Assembly: GCF_006345805.1 (NCBI RefSeq)
Contig: NC_043010.1
Location: forward strand, 61,566,001 to 61,630,000
Length of the DNA stretch: 64,000 nt
Direction of reading: 5' to 3'
DNA from: Octopus sinensis
Taxonomy: Eukaryota
Both the position numbers and the translations under genes were made by a program. This document shows, one piece after another, positions 50,713-62,450 of the stretch. The notes under the pieces were generated by a model. The model saw nothing but the letters and a program-made list of their open reading frames with translations, was not told where the DNA came from and searched no databases. The first letter of the stretch is position 1. Each line of letters opens with the position of its first letter.

Positions 50713-51220
50713 ATGTCTGTGTTTCTCTATACCCCCACCAACATCACTTGACAACCAATGCTGGTGTGTTTACATCCCAGTAACTAAACAGTTCGGCAAA
50801 AGCGACCAATAGAGCGTCGAGCTTATAATCGTGAGGTAGTGAGTTTGAATCCTTGACCAGGCTGCGTGTTGAGTTCTTGAGCAAGACACTTTATTTCACG
50901 TTGCTCCAGTTCACTCAGCTGTAGAAATGAGTTGTGATGTCACAGGTGCCAAGCTGTAACGGCCCCTTTGCCTTTCCCTTGGATAACATCAATGGTGTGG
51001 AGAGGGGAAGCATGGTATGCATGGGCAACTGCTGATCTTCCATGAAACAACCTTGCCTGGACGTGTGCCTAGGAGAGTAACTTTCTAGGTGCAATCCCAT
51101 GGTCAGTCATGACCAAAGGGGGTCTCAGCAGGCTTACAAAACATAAGTCCTGGGGTCGATTTATTCGACTAAAGTCAGTGCTCCAGCATGACCTCAGTCA
51201 AATGACTGAAACAAATAAAA
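50713..51220 (+). mobile_element. SINE family A 3' half interrupted by a SINE-E
   Basis: Family sequence resumes at about 51130. Confidence 0.7.
50812..51127 (+). mobile_element. SINE family E with an alternative tail
   Basis: TTGAGCAAGACACTTTATTTCACGTTGCTCCAGTTCACTCAGCTGTA core. Confidence 0.75.
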
Positions 51221-51262
51221 ATATATATATATAAACAATATATTTATATATATGTATTTATG

Positions 51263-51305
<43 letters not shown>

Positions 51306-51360
51306 TGAGATAGGGGTTGTGAGTGCAACCCTCCATGGGATATATATATATATATATATA

Positions 51361-51591
51361 TTAAGGTGACTATTTGCAATTAACAATCAAAAGGAAGGCA
51401 ACAAGTATAGTCATCACTAGAGTGGTTGAGGGTGCTAGTGAGCATCAGCATTGCTAGAAATAAGAGTCAAAATAACTCTTTGCTGGCTGTTAGAAAAGTG
51501 CTCTTACGTGGCTAAGTGTTGTTTTGACACCTATTTCTAGCAATGCTGGTGCTGACTAGCACCCTCAGCCACTTTAGTGACCACTACACTT
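51361..51591. repeat. Fold-back element: ~75-bp arms (51403-51591) plus tail, in (TA)n
   Basis: GAGGGTGCTAGT..CAGCATTGCTAGAAATA / TATTTCTAGCAATGCTG..ACTAGCACCCTC. Confidence 0.8.
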
Positions 51592-52149
51592 ATATATATA
51601 TATACACACCCTTGTGCGTATACAGTGTATGCATACCTGTGTGTATATGTAATTAGTCCATTAAACCTCGATTGACCGTAATTCTTTCCAGGTCAAACTT
51701 CACCGAGGCATAGCGCTACCCTTATTACCTCCCTTTGTATACACTCCCCAGCAACAACACCATTCGAGTCGTTATTACTGGTTCAAGTTTTTCAATGAAC
51801 ATTACCGGGTCGCTTTGTTTTGATGCACTAAATTACTTGATAAAGCAAACACACACACACGTACCAGGCTTCTGTACAGTTTCTGCTTTGAACAACACAT
51901 CACCATTATTGGAAAAACTTACCCCAAATCCCACACAGTGGGACTGAGTCTAGTACACTATGGTTACAAAATGAACTTCTTTCAACCACACAGCCATAAA
52001 ACCTCAGCAGTTACATAGTAAATAAAACAACAGTAGCAGCAGTAGTAGTAGTAGTAGTAGTAGTAGTTACCAACATATTTACATTCACATCTTGTAATAT
52101 TACACTTAACACACTCTCTCATTCAATAAAGTGTGTACTGGACACTTGA

Positions 52150-52615
52150 ATCATCCTCATCATTTAACGTCCGATTTTCCTTCTGGCATGAATTGGATCT
52201 CTTAACGGGAACTGGCGAGGCCAGGAGCCACACCAGGCCCCATTGTTTGTTTTGGCAAGGTTTCTACAACTGGATGCCGTTCCTAATGCCAACCACTTTA
52301 CTCAGTGTACCGGGTGCTTCTTTTTTACATGGCACCAGCAATTGAATGTCTGTATTATAAACATGCAACCTAAATAACCCTCAAACTCTCTCACAATCAT
52401 CATTATCGTTTAGCGTCCGCTTTCCATGCTAGTATGGGTTGGACGGTTCAACTGGGGTCTGGGAAGCCAGAAGGCTGCACCAGGCCCAGTCTGATCTGGC
52501 AATGTTTCTACGACTGGATGCCCTTCCTAACGCCAACCACTCCGTGAGTGTCGTGGGTGCTTTTTACGTGCCAGACGGGGCTGGCAAACGGCCACGGTCG
52601 GATGGTGCTTTTTAC
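52150..52615 (-). mobile_element. Two SINE-like family B copies (52150-52340, 52397-52615)
   Basis: Family match. Confidence 0.8.
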
Positions 52616-52656
52616 AATCTTAATATAAAACTGTAGATACTTGGTAGGTGAAAGTA

Positions 52657-52790
52657 TGTGGCCTGGTGGCTAGGGATGTTGCATTTGCAGTCGTAAGATT
52701 GTGGTTTCAATTCCTGGATTGGGTGTTGTGTTTTGTTTCTTAAGCAAAATATTTAATTTCACAATGTTCCCCTCTCTTCAGCTGTAAATA
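52657..52790 (+). mobile_element. SINE family E head, diverged
   Basis: Family match. Confidence 0.5.
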
Positions 52791-52926
52791 AGTTCCAGTA
52801 ATCCCTGGGAACTTAATGCTATGACATTCCGTTCAAAGAGGCAGAGAGAATTATAATTTCAGGAAATTGGCTTAAGCTCTGGGCCACCTTATGGGTCACG
52901 GGGCTCATGACAAACTTTAAGATGTT

Positions 52927-53217
52927 TATCTTTTACTTGTTTCAGTCATTAGATTGCCATCATGCTAGGGCACCACCTAGTAAGATTTTTAGTTGAATGA
53001 ATCCACCCCAGGACCCTATTTTTAAAGCTGGGTACTTATTTTCCCAGTCTCTTTTGCTAAATTATGGAGACATAAACACACCAACACCAGTTGTCAAGCA
53101 GTGGCGGGGTGTAAACACAGACACAAACACTCATAGATGTAAAAGACGCTTGCTTAAGGTGCTATGCAGGGGGACTGAACCCAGAACCCTGTGGTTGGGA
53201 AGCAAACTTCTTACCAC
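52927..53217 (-). mobile_element. SINE family A, diverged
   Basis: Family match. Confidence 0.7.
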
Positions 53218-53621
53218 TCGATCCCACCAGCACTTGGGTGGATGTTTGCTTCAAGCAGAGCCGAAGAGGTGGTCATGTAAGGAATGACAAGTCAACATGG
53301 GTGGGGGATGGTGTGGGAGGGAGTATATGAGAAAAGACAAACAAGAAAGGAAAACACAAGAAAATTGTAGAAGAAAGCTTCTAAAGCAGACGAGAGCAAT
53401 GAAATGTGTATTAACAAAATACAAGACTTGTAATCAAATGGAAATTGGCAAAAAAGAAAGAAAGAAAAAAGACAGAAAAAAATTCATACATGCATAAATA
53501 CATCATTTTCACCATAACGAGTTTTAATCACCTAATCACTTATCTCTGCTAATATGGCTTCAACAGGTCAACAATGTAGCATGTAGAGTTTGTCGGAGAT
53601 CTGGACCTAACTGGATATGGA

Positions 53622-54002
53622 AGCACTCCGTCAGTTACGACGACGAGGGTTCCGGTTGATCCGAATCAACGGAACAGCCTGCTCGTGAAATTAACGTGCA
53701 AGTGGCTGAGCACTCCACAGACACGTGTACCCTTAACGTAGTTCTCGGGGATATTCAGCGTGACACAGAGAGTGACAAGGCCGGCCCCTTTGAAATACAG
53801 GTACAACAGAAACAGGAAGTAAGAGTGAGAGAAAGTTGTGGTGAAAGAGTACAGCAAGGATCACCACCAGCCCCTGCCGGAGCCTCGTGGAGCTTTAGGT
53901 GTTTTCGCTCAATAAACACTCACAACGCCCGGTCTGGGAATCGAAACCGCGATGCTATGACCGCGAGTCCACTGCCCTAACCACTGGGCCATTGCGCCTC
54001 CA
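53622..54002 (-). mobile_element. tRNA-derived SINE family D, full length
   Basis: Family match; TSD-like GACCTAACT on both flanks. Confidence 0.9.
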
Positions 54003-54912
54003 CACTAGACCTAACTACCTCCATGTCTTTCTAGCCCTACCTCAAACATCATCACTTACAACCCCCCCCCCAATTTCTTACACGAGTATCACCATCATCA
54101 TCATCTATTACATGTATAAACCAATCAATCATTTACGTATCAAACAGATCAGATCAAAGTCTTTCCTCTTTTGCTTCTTTACATTTGCCTAACATGTTCC
54201 AAGCCCTGTCACACTTCGCAACCTGCCATTTTTTACACAGAGAGAGAGAGAGAGAGAAAGAAATATAGAGAAAAATCATTCCTTGCCAACTGAAGCAATT
54301 ATTATCTTCATCCCCCCCACACTTGCACCCATTTGAACCTCCCCCCACCCCGCTCCAGTTTGAACTCTACCCCCCCCCTCCTCCTAAAATTGTCTGTGAC
54401 TTGCATTGGACCCCCTCAAAAGTCCATTACTTCTCTCTCCCTCTCTCAGTGTTACCCCCTTCAGTGTAAATCTCCCCTAGAGAGATCCCTCAACATTTTT
54501 TTTCCCTTCCTAACATGGCTACCACTTTGTTCATCCCCGATAGATTTTCGTGGACCCTGATTTCCTCAGACTTCACTCAATTCCAGGTTTTAAACTTTGG
54601 CAGATTTTCAACAAATTTCTGCAAAAAGAGCCAAATTAAAAAGCACTGAGAAGTTCCGATGAAGTGATTCAGTCCCCAAGTCTCTGTTTTTTTGTTGTGT
54701 CTGTCTCTTCATGTGTGTGTGTATGTATACATATAATTGGTTACATAATTCTATGCGTGTGTGTTTGTGTGTGTAAATAATAATGTGAATACAAGACAGA
54801 CTAGTTTATAAAGTTACATTATACATACATATATATATTGCCTTCTAACAAACACTTTAAAACTTCAGAATGTATTTGCTTCTTTTTCTACTTGTTTGTC
54901 TGTGTGTGAGTG

Positions 54913-54944
<32 letters not shown>

Positions 54945-55384
54945 CTTACACACACACTCATAGTGTGTATGTGGAGACAAGAGAGAGATTAGTTTGTGAG
55001 ATTAAACTGTATGTTACCTTTTAAGAATTACAACTTTAGAGCATGTCTGCATATATGTTTGAATGTATACACACACACATGTATATTTGTGTCCATGTAT
55101 GAACATATGCATGTAGGAATGTGTTTGTGTGTCTCTGCATATGTGTGTGTGTGTGTGTGCATAGCAGAAAGAGGATTTTAAAACATTTCACAGGCAACCC
55201 CTCTATTGTCAGTTTAAATATTCTGAGAGAAACTGTTCAATTTAGGGGTCTTTGACCCTGGCATCATTGCTGTCACATCAGTAGTTCATTAGTGTTTGCT
55301 TGGCTGACGTAGTAATACTGAGGGATTTAATGAGTTCATAAAGGAGGTGGAGGAAGAGGATGAGACAGAGAGGGAGTGGGAGTC

Positions 55385-56614
55385 TTATTGTAGCAAGGTC
55401 TGAATACTATGAACTGCCTCCTGGTTTTCACATTTACTTTGACCAACGCCATACGAAGGGGACTGTGTATTAGCTGACCAGTTAGAAGAATTCCAGTTGG
55501 TGCCAGGCTGTAGACTTCTCTTCCAAGCGGAGTAACTGCTCTCGGGTCGAGGACCAAGTTGATGGGTCACGGCTGGAGGTGATGATGATGGCGGCGGAGT
55601 AGAATTATTGTTGTTCATCGCAATTGTACAGTTAGCTTGATGTTGTTGCTGCTGTTGTTGTTGTAGCTGCTGTGGTGATGGTTGTTGTTGTTGTTGTTGC
55701 GGTTGCTGTTGCTGTGGTGGTGGTTGTTGTTGTTGTGGCTGTTGCGGTTGCTGTTGTTGTTGTTGTTGTTGCTGCTGCTGCTGCTGTTGTTGTTGCTGTG
55801 TTTGTTGTTGCGGAGTGTGATGAGGACAGGATCCAGTCACGTGTGATTGCTGCTGCTGCTGCTGCTGTTGTTGCTGTTGTGAGGCTGGCATGTGGTGAGG
55901 ACATGAATTTGTCGTATTGACAGGTGTGTGCTGGTGATGGTGATGGTGATGATGTTGATGGTTATGTGGATGGTGATGATGATGATGATGCTGCTGAAAC
56001 TGATTGGCTACATTTCCTCCTCCTCCTCCTCCTCCTCCTCGTTTGCCACTGCCACCATTGGCGTGGATCAGCTCATGTTTCTTAAGGTGCGTGCGTTGGC
56101 TGAAAGCCTTTTTGCAGACGAGGCAGTGGAACGGTTTCTCCCCAGTGTGTGTCCGATGGTGTTTGATCAAATGATCCTTCTGTGAGAACGCACGCGGACA
56201 CAAACTACAGTGATAGGGTTTCACACCTGTATGGATGAGCTTGTGTGTGTTCAGGTGAGATTTCTGAGAGAAAGCTTTGGTGCACACGTCACAGGTGAAA
56301 GGTCTCTCTCCCGTGTGAGTTCGTTGATGATTGTCAAGACGGTCTCTCTGAGGAAATACTTTTGAGCAAAATGGACAGTTGAAATGTTTGCCAGCCTCCG
56401 GAGCAAGTTGGTGCCGACTCAAATAAGCCTTCAACGTAAACCCTTTTCGACAAATACCACATTTGAAAGGTTTATCTCTCTTGGCTGGTGGTTTGCTAGT
56501 GTTTGAAACAAAATTGGCAACAATGTTGCATGCTATGGCACTAGAATCGTCCACACTTTCTTCTTCAGAATAATTCAATGGTGGTTGTTTCCCCACAGAC
56601 TGCACAGAAAACAT
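55385..56614 (-). CDS. C2H2 zinc-finger protein (ZNF-3), 409 aa; 1 degenerate + 4 canonical fingers, then polyG/H/Q tail
   Basis: Intact ORF; fingers at 56063-56461; long CAG/CAA polyQ runs. Confidence 0.93.
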   Translation of the reverse strand: MFSVQSVGKQPPLNYSEEESVDDSSAIACNIVANFVSNTSKPPAKRDKPFKCGICRKGFTLKAYLSRHQLAPEAGKHFNCPFCSKVFPQRDRLDNHQRTHTGERPFTCDVCTKAFSQKSHLNTHKLIHTGVKPYHCSLCPRAFSQKDHLIKHHRTHTGEKPFHCLVCKKAFSQRTHLKKHELIHANGGSGKRGGGGGGGGNVANQFQQHHHHHHHPHNHQHHHHHHHQHTPVNTTNSCPHHMPASQQQQQQQQQQQSHVTGSCPHHTPQQQTQQQQQQQQQQQQQQQQQPQQPQQQQPPPQQQQPQQQQQQPSPQQLQQQQQQQHQANCTIAMNNNNSTPPPSSSPPAVTHQLGPRPESSYSAWKRSLQPGTNWNSSNWSANTQSPSYGVGQSKCENQEAVHSIQTLLQ

Positions 56615-57088
56615 AATTCTTCACACAAAACAACAAAGCAAGTTCACTTTAATTACTTTTCCAGTGGATGCAACAAACAATATTTTAAATTCTTGTTTCA
56701 AACAAAAATGTCTGTATTCTTGTTTCTCCTTCACCTTCTCTTGAGACAAATCTTTTCTTATGACAATTCTCTTAAGACCAACAGCACCTTAGGATATTAA
56801 TTTTATGAGAAGAGACTGAAAGCCTAAATTTCCATTCACTGTTTTGTGAAGAAAAGTCTTTAACAAGGAGTCACGTTGATAATCCGATAATCTGATCAGA
56901 TTGATGGAACCTTAAGTATATATCAGGAATTATATTGATAGAAAATACTGGAAGATCTTAATGAAGATATTTTTTTCAAATCTGGGAAGGACACAGAGAA
57001 AGCTGCTTTGTTGACAGAAGAAGTGGAGAGTCTTGGAATTCCAACTCCAAAATGGCATCCAGGACAAATTGGATGAAACTTGTCATCT

Positions 57089-57118
57089 CTGCAAAAGAAA
57101 AATAATAAAATAAATAAT
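57089..57118 (-). promoter_or_regulatory. Splice acceptor upstream of ZNF-3
   Basis: Minus strand T-rich tract ending TCTTTTGCAG|A, about 475 nt before the ATG. Confidence 0.6.
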
Positions 57119-57152
57119 AACAATGATAATAATAATAATATTAATGATAATA

Positions 57153-57539
57153 ATGGTTTCAAATTTTGTCACAAGGGCAGCAATTTTGAGGGAGGGGATG
57201 AGTTGATTACACCAACCCCAGTGTTCAACTGGTAATTATTTTACTGACCTCGAAAAGATGAAAGGCAAAGTCAACCTCAGTGGAATTTGAACTCAGAACA
57301 GAAGACGGACAAAATGCTACTAAGCATATTTCGTCCAGTGTGCTAACAATTCTGCCAGAATAATAATGATAATAATCCTTTTTATTAAAGGTACAAGGCC
57401 TGAAATTTGGGGGGAGGGGACGAATCGATTACATCGACCCGTATTTCCCTGGTTCTTAATTTATTGACTCTGAAAGGATGAAAGGCAAAGTCAAGCATTT
57501 CACCCAGCATGCTAACGATTCTATCAGCTTGCCACCTTA
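57153..57539 (-). mobile_element. Two tandem SINE family C copies in (AAT)n
   Basis: Family match. Confidence 0.75.
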
Positions 57540-57547
57540 ATAATAAT

Positions 57548-57890
57548 TGTAAGATCATAGACACAGAATAAGTGTAAGATCGTGGACTTTGCAATTCCCT
57601 ATGACAACCGAGTCAATATGAAAAAAATTGAGAAATACGAGGATTTAGCCAGAGAGCCAAAGAGAGTGTGGAAGACCAACACAACAATTATTTCTATGGG
57701 GTAATTGGTGCATGTTAGCACAAAACCTAAAATGTTATATAAAAGACTGAAACTTGCATTGTTGACTTGCAGAAAAGTAACATTCTATATTCTGCAAGAA
57801 TCCTAAGGAAGATTCTGGAGATTTGAAGAGACTTGTTGGTACCAAAAATCAAGATGAATTACTTGCTAACTAAATGAGCATGCACTAGCA
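57548..57890 (+). mobile_element. 3' end of an R4/Dong-like non-LTR retrotransposon (restriction-like endonuclease region)
   Basis: CKIVDFAIPYDNRV..IEKYEDLARE.KRVW..IGA..LQKS..SARILRKILEI*; followed by (TAA)n. Confidence 0.75.
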
Positions 57891-57911
57891 TAATAATAAT
57901 AATAATAATAA

Positions 57912-58446
57912 ATGCCCGGATGCAGTACAAGGTAGTGGCTCTCATGGCTTCTGATGTTAACTGATTGGAAGTGTTATCATGTACATTGTTTTTTGTCTTA
58001 GTGTAAAAGATGGGCTACAGCAAATATTCTGCTCAATACCACAGATTTGCTTGTCAGTTGCTTGACCTTAACAAGTTGAGCATGTCCCTTAGTGGCTGAC
58101 GATATGTGCATCTCTGATCACGAGCAGAAGTAGTGGGGGAGCATCATAGCCACGTATTGAGAGGAATTCATTGGGGTTTGAATAATTCACCTCTGGACAC
58201 ATGGGTGTTTTGTTCAACATCCTTAAACAACCCTTATTCAGTAACCTTTTGGGAAGAAAATCCTAACTTGGCCCCCACCTGCAAGGTCATGCGCTGTTTA
58301 TCTTGATACGAGATCACCATGTTACACACACATGATTGTGATGCATGTGCCTGATGTACCCTTATCAGACGGGTGGTCATCATGGGTATATTGGGCTTCA
58401 TTTACACCAGTGTCACTTTGATGGCATGCACTGCTCTATCACTCAA
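57912..58446. repeat. Unclassified ~535-bp insert bounded by (AAT)n
   Basis: Higher-GC block with sharp (AAT)n borders; single copy in window. Confidence 0.35.
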
Positions 58447-59146
58447 TAATAACAATAATAATAATGGTTTCATATTTTGACACAAGGCCAGCAAGGAGAG
58501 TGTTAGTCAATTACATTGACCCCAGTACTTGACTGGTACTTTATATTTAATAAGTAATCTGAAGTATAAAGATAAATTATATAAATAACTAAAACAGACA
58601 AAGAACATGATAAACTAAACTGATCTTATTCTGGAGATTAAAATGAAAGATTAAAGGAGGTTTTTAAAATTGATTAAAATCAATATGAAAGTTAGGAAAA
58701 TGTGATCCAATCCCATCTTCAACCGCTGACACAGGTATCATTCATGATGGCTGATTACTTAAGAATCAGATAGCGGTGGCAGCGGTGGATTTGTCCTTCA
58801 ACCATGAGGATTCTGTTGTTTGATCAACTGAATTACCCACTCCTGAATTTCTGTGCAAATGGCTGAACATTAACATAAATAGAATCAGTGTGACACACAG
58901 GGTGTAACAAGGCCGTCTCCTTTTGAATTACAACTACAACCCATCTGGCAGGCTTCTCTACAGCTTCCATCTACCCATTTTCACTCACAAAGTATGAGTC
59001 AACCTGGCACTATGGCAAATAAACATTAAACTGGGGCACTCCTGCTTGTGAAACGACATTCTTAGCTATTCATCCCTTCTGCATCTACAATGAAGTCAAC
59101 AACAGAAAATAGGTTATAATGTAGCATCTAAGGACACTAACAATTG

Positions 59147-59355
59147 TCATCACCATCATCATTTTACATCTATTTCCCATGCTGGCATGAGCTAGACGGT
59201 TTGATAGGAGCTGGTAAGGCCAGGGGCCACACTAGGTTCCATAGTCTGTTTTAGCTTGGTTTTTATAGCTAAATGCCCTTCTTAGCGCCAACCATTTTAC
59301 AGAGTGTACTGAACTTTTTTTTCATGTGGCCCCAGCACCAGTGCTTTTTACATGG
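59147..59355 (-). mobile_element. SINE-like family B, diverged
   Basis: Family match. Confidence 0.65.
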
Positions 59356-59470
59356 TACCTTAATAAATAGACAAACTTTACAAAAGTGGAATAAATTACT
59401 CTGCCATGTAGAAGGGAAGAAGCAAAATGCTTTTGAAAAGACCATTTATCAAAAGAAGTAGTCCGAGGAA

Positions 59471-60122
59471 TGTTAAATTCTTTTAAGCTGTCTGGACAGA
59501 TTAGGGGTCCTGTTTTGTACAGAAATTCAAATGCTTTCTGTACAAAACAGTTCCACACATCAAGTCCCTCTAAGATTGCTATGAATGTTCTAAGAAACTC
59601 GCTTAAGCTAGACAACTTCAATGGTTGAAGTTGAGAACATGGAGATTTACAAATGAAATGTTATGGGTTTGTGATGCAACAAGAAACTGTATTTGCTGAC
59701 CTGTCCAACCTACATAAATAAGTAAAGAAGAGCATAAGTTTAATCTGGAGACTATGAGGAGCTGGTCTTCACTATTACACCAAGGAAGCTTGGTGACACT
59801 GCTCCACACTTTACTGACAATGTTATTTTACTGTTAGATGAAATCACAGATGCTCAGGCCCTTCCATCAAACACTGAAATTATGTGCAACAAAATCAAGC
59901 CATACCTCAATGCCAAGGAAACAGAATACTTGGTCTATAATACAGTTGGCCATAAGCTACTAAAGACCATTGAAGTTGTCTAGCTTAAGCAAGTTTCTTA
60001 GAACACTCATAGCAGTCTTAGAGGGACTTGATATGTGGAGCTGTTTTGTACAGAAAGCACTTGAATCTCTGAAGAATATCTGGACCTCTAATCTGTCCAG
60101 ACAGCTGAAGAGAATTTCAGCA
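59471..60122. repeat. Inverted duplication (~155-bp arms) of RTE sequence
   Basis: 59471-59625 is the diverged reverse complement of 59966-60122. Confidence 0.85.
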
Positions 60123-60545
60123 ACTATGACAATTCTCCTTTACGAATGTGAATCTTGGATCCTCAGTCAGTCCATGGAAATGACCTTTTGATGGCTGCTA
60201 CATTCAGATATTCTAGATGACCATCAGCATCAATTGCCAGCAGAAAGTGACCAATGAACAACACACTGATCGCTGCCCTTAGTAGTTGAAAACTAAATAG
60301 CAGGAAGATGGCTGCACCTTACCAGTTATGGTCCAAGACACCCAGAGTAGCCTGCTAGCTAAATCACCATTTGGGCGTCAACCCATGGAAACAGAAACTA
60401 TGGGTATCTTTCTAAAATGGTGGTCAAGTCCCTTCAAGTGGTGCCACAACTGCTGGGCTTAGGACACCAATGATGGAACAAAACATTTGACACAAGCTCA
60501 AGGTCTCAAATGTAAGTATAAGTCGTAGCCAAAAGATGATGATGA
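59810..60545 (+). mobile_element. RTE-clade LINE 3' remnant
   Basis: DNVILL..AQAL, LNAKETEY, LKNIWTSNLSRQLK, LLYECESW, DGCY, KVTNE motifs. Confidence 0.7.
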
Positions 60546-60599
60546 TTAATTCTCCATGAAGTTTTTCTAAAGGAAAACTTCAAAAATATGAATGATGGA

Positions 60600-60800
60600 G
60601 TTCAAGTGTACTGTTACAAGAAATGAGAATCAGATGTAGTGTGCAAGAGAGAATACTGCACTGGTATGGTCATGTTTTGTATATGAAGGCTGACGATGGT
60701 GATCCAACTAGAAGGGGCCTATTGAAGAGACTAAGGGAGACATAGGAAGCAGTGATGAAGGTCGATCATGAAATGACCGACGACAAACACATCAAGTGGC
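60600..60800 (+). mobile_element. RTE-like LINE C-terminal fragment
   Basis: VQERILHWYGHVLYM motif. Confidence 0.55.
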
Positions 60801-62365
60801 CTTTATCAAAATGCGTTCCTTTTGATACCGATCTGCCTAGGGCTGTCGTCCCTGGCTATGTAGTACAAGAGTCATGTTTTCAAAAGTTCTGAATTAAAAT
60901 CTTCCATGAAAACTTTGTGTTAATTTATGTTCCTAACACTAGCTTAATAATAACAAGAAAGTTATTTTACTGAATTTTTCATTATATTTAGAATTAATTG
61001 AAGCAAACAGAATATCTCAAGAGAAATATAACAAAACGGTGCTGTGGCCACTGGCATCGACTGCCACAAGTACGGTTACCCTAGCAGTAGGAGCGGATCC
61101 CCACGAAGAAATCATAAAAGTTACTCGATCAAATCCCATTTTTATATAAGACTGGAATATGAGGTTCCAAGGAATAGTTTCAAAGTAGTGGTTGTAAAAA
61201 GGAGCATTTAAAGGGGATCGAGGCGTGCCGTCGATTTTAAAACATTTAAAGTTCCAGAAAATCCATACTGATGGTTGAGCGTCTTGAAAAACATGTTATT
61301 TTCAAGTTTGTTAGACAAAAATACGATTAATAATAAAACGCAAACAATAGTTTCCGGTATTTTTTCTAAACTTTAGAAATCCCAAACGTTTTTTTTTTTA
61401 ACTTTGTATACCAAAATGCAGAGCAGCACAAAAGCAAAAAGATAGAAAACATTTGATTTAAAACATGACTATTGTAATTAATTTAACGTAAATAACCACC
61501 ACATTGGTTCAGTCCTTCGCGCAAATAACGATAACTTAAAACCGAAGGCGGGTAGTAAGTGTTACAGATAAACGACTATGTTCGTAAACTGTTATGTGGT
61601 CAGCTCAATTTTCTGTCAGGGTCACTATCAGCTGGGCAGGTAGATTAATGAGTGGGAGTGTCACTACCTGGTAAGTTGAAGGATCAGTTTTTGACAGGGC
61701 CCTACACCATAAAGCCGGAATTATACCAAAACATTTGGAAACAGAACACACAAATGCATATGTGTTACTTTCCGCTATTGCTTATGTTCCTCCACCTAGA
61801 ATACGTTCCGATTCCATGTCCCGCTGATTTAGCATTGCATTTATTAGATAAAATTATGCAATGTCAATAAATAATATATTCTGAAAACGTTTGTTAAGTT
61901 TTGCGTTCCTTCCTTCTCCCATTGTTAAAATATACATTTATTCTGTGCTTAACACAAAAGTGAACTCAGCGGTGGGAAGATTGGTGACGTTGGTTTAAGC
62001 TGAAACTGCGTTGAGAGGGAAAGAAAGAAAGGAAAGATAGAGGGTGATATATATATATATGTAGAAAGAGAGAGAGATAGATAGATGAGAAGATAGGTGG
62101 GATGCGATTAGTGGCAGTAAGAGCAGAAGCCAGAGTTTACCCCGAGAGAGATGAGGTCTCGAGGAGACATTTCGTATTTCAACTGTCATGTCTGACGTAC
62201 TCAGTCGATTTACTAACGCAACCAACGATGTGACTTTAATTAACTACGGCCTTAGCTGTGGCCAGGAAGCACATGTGAGAATCGAACCGTTACAAGGCAG
62301 CATTGCAGACAGGGTTTGTGACCGGGACAGAGGAGTGTCGTCAGTAGAGTTGTCGTTGTTATCGT

Positions 62366-62450
62366 ACTTACCTGCTCTGACCAGCAACACAGTTCGTCGG
62401 GGTAGGGACGACAGCTCGCTACATCAAGTAAGGGAGATAACAACCAACTA
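62366..62450 (-). promoter_or_regulatory. Candidate first exon and splice donor of ZNF-3
   Basis: Consensus CAG|GTAAGT on minus strand at 62372/62371 in a locally CpG-richer non-repetitive region. Confidence 0.45.
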
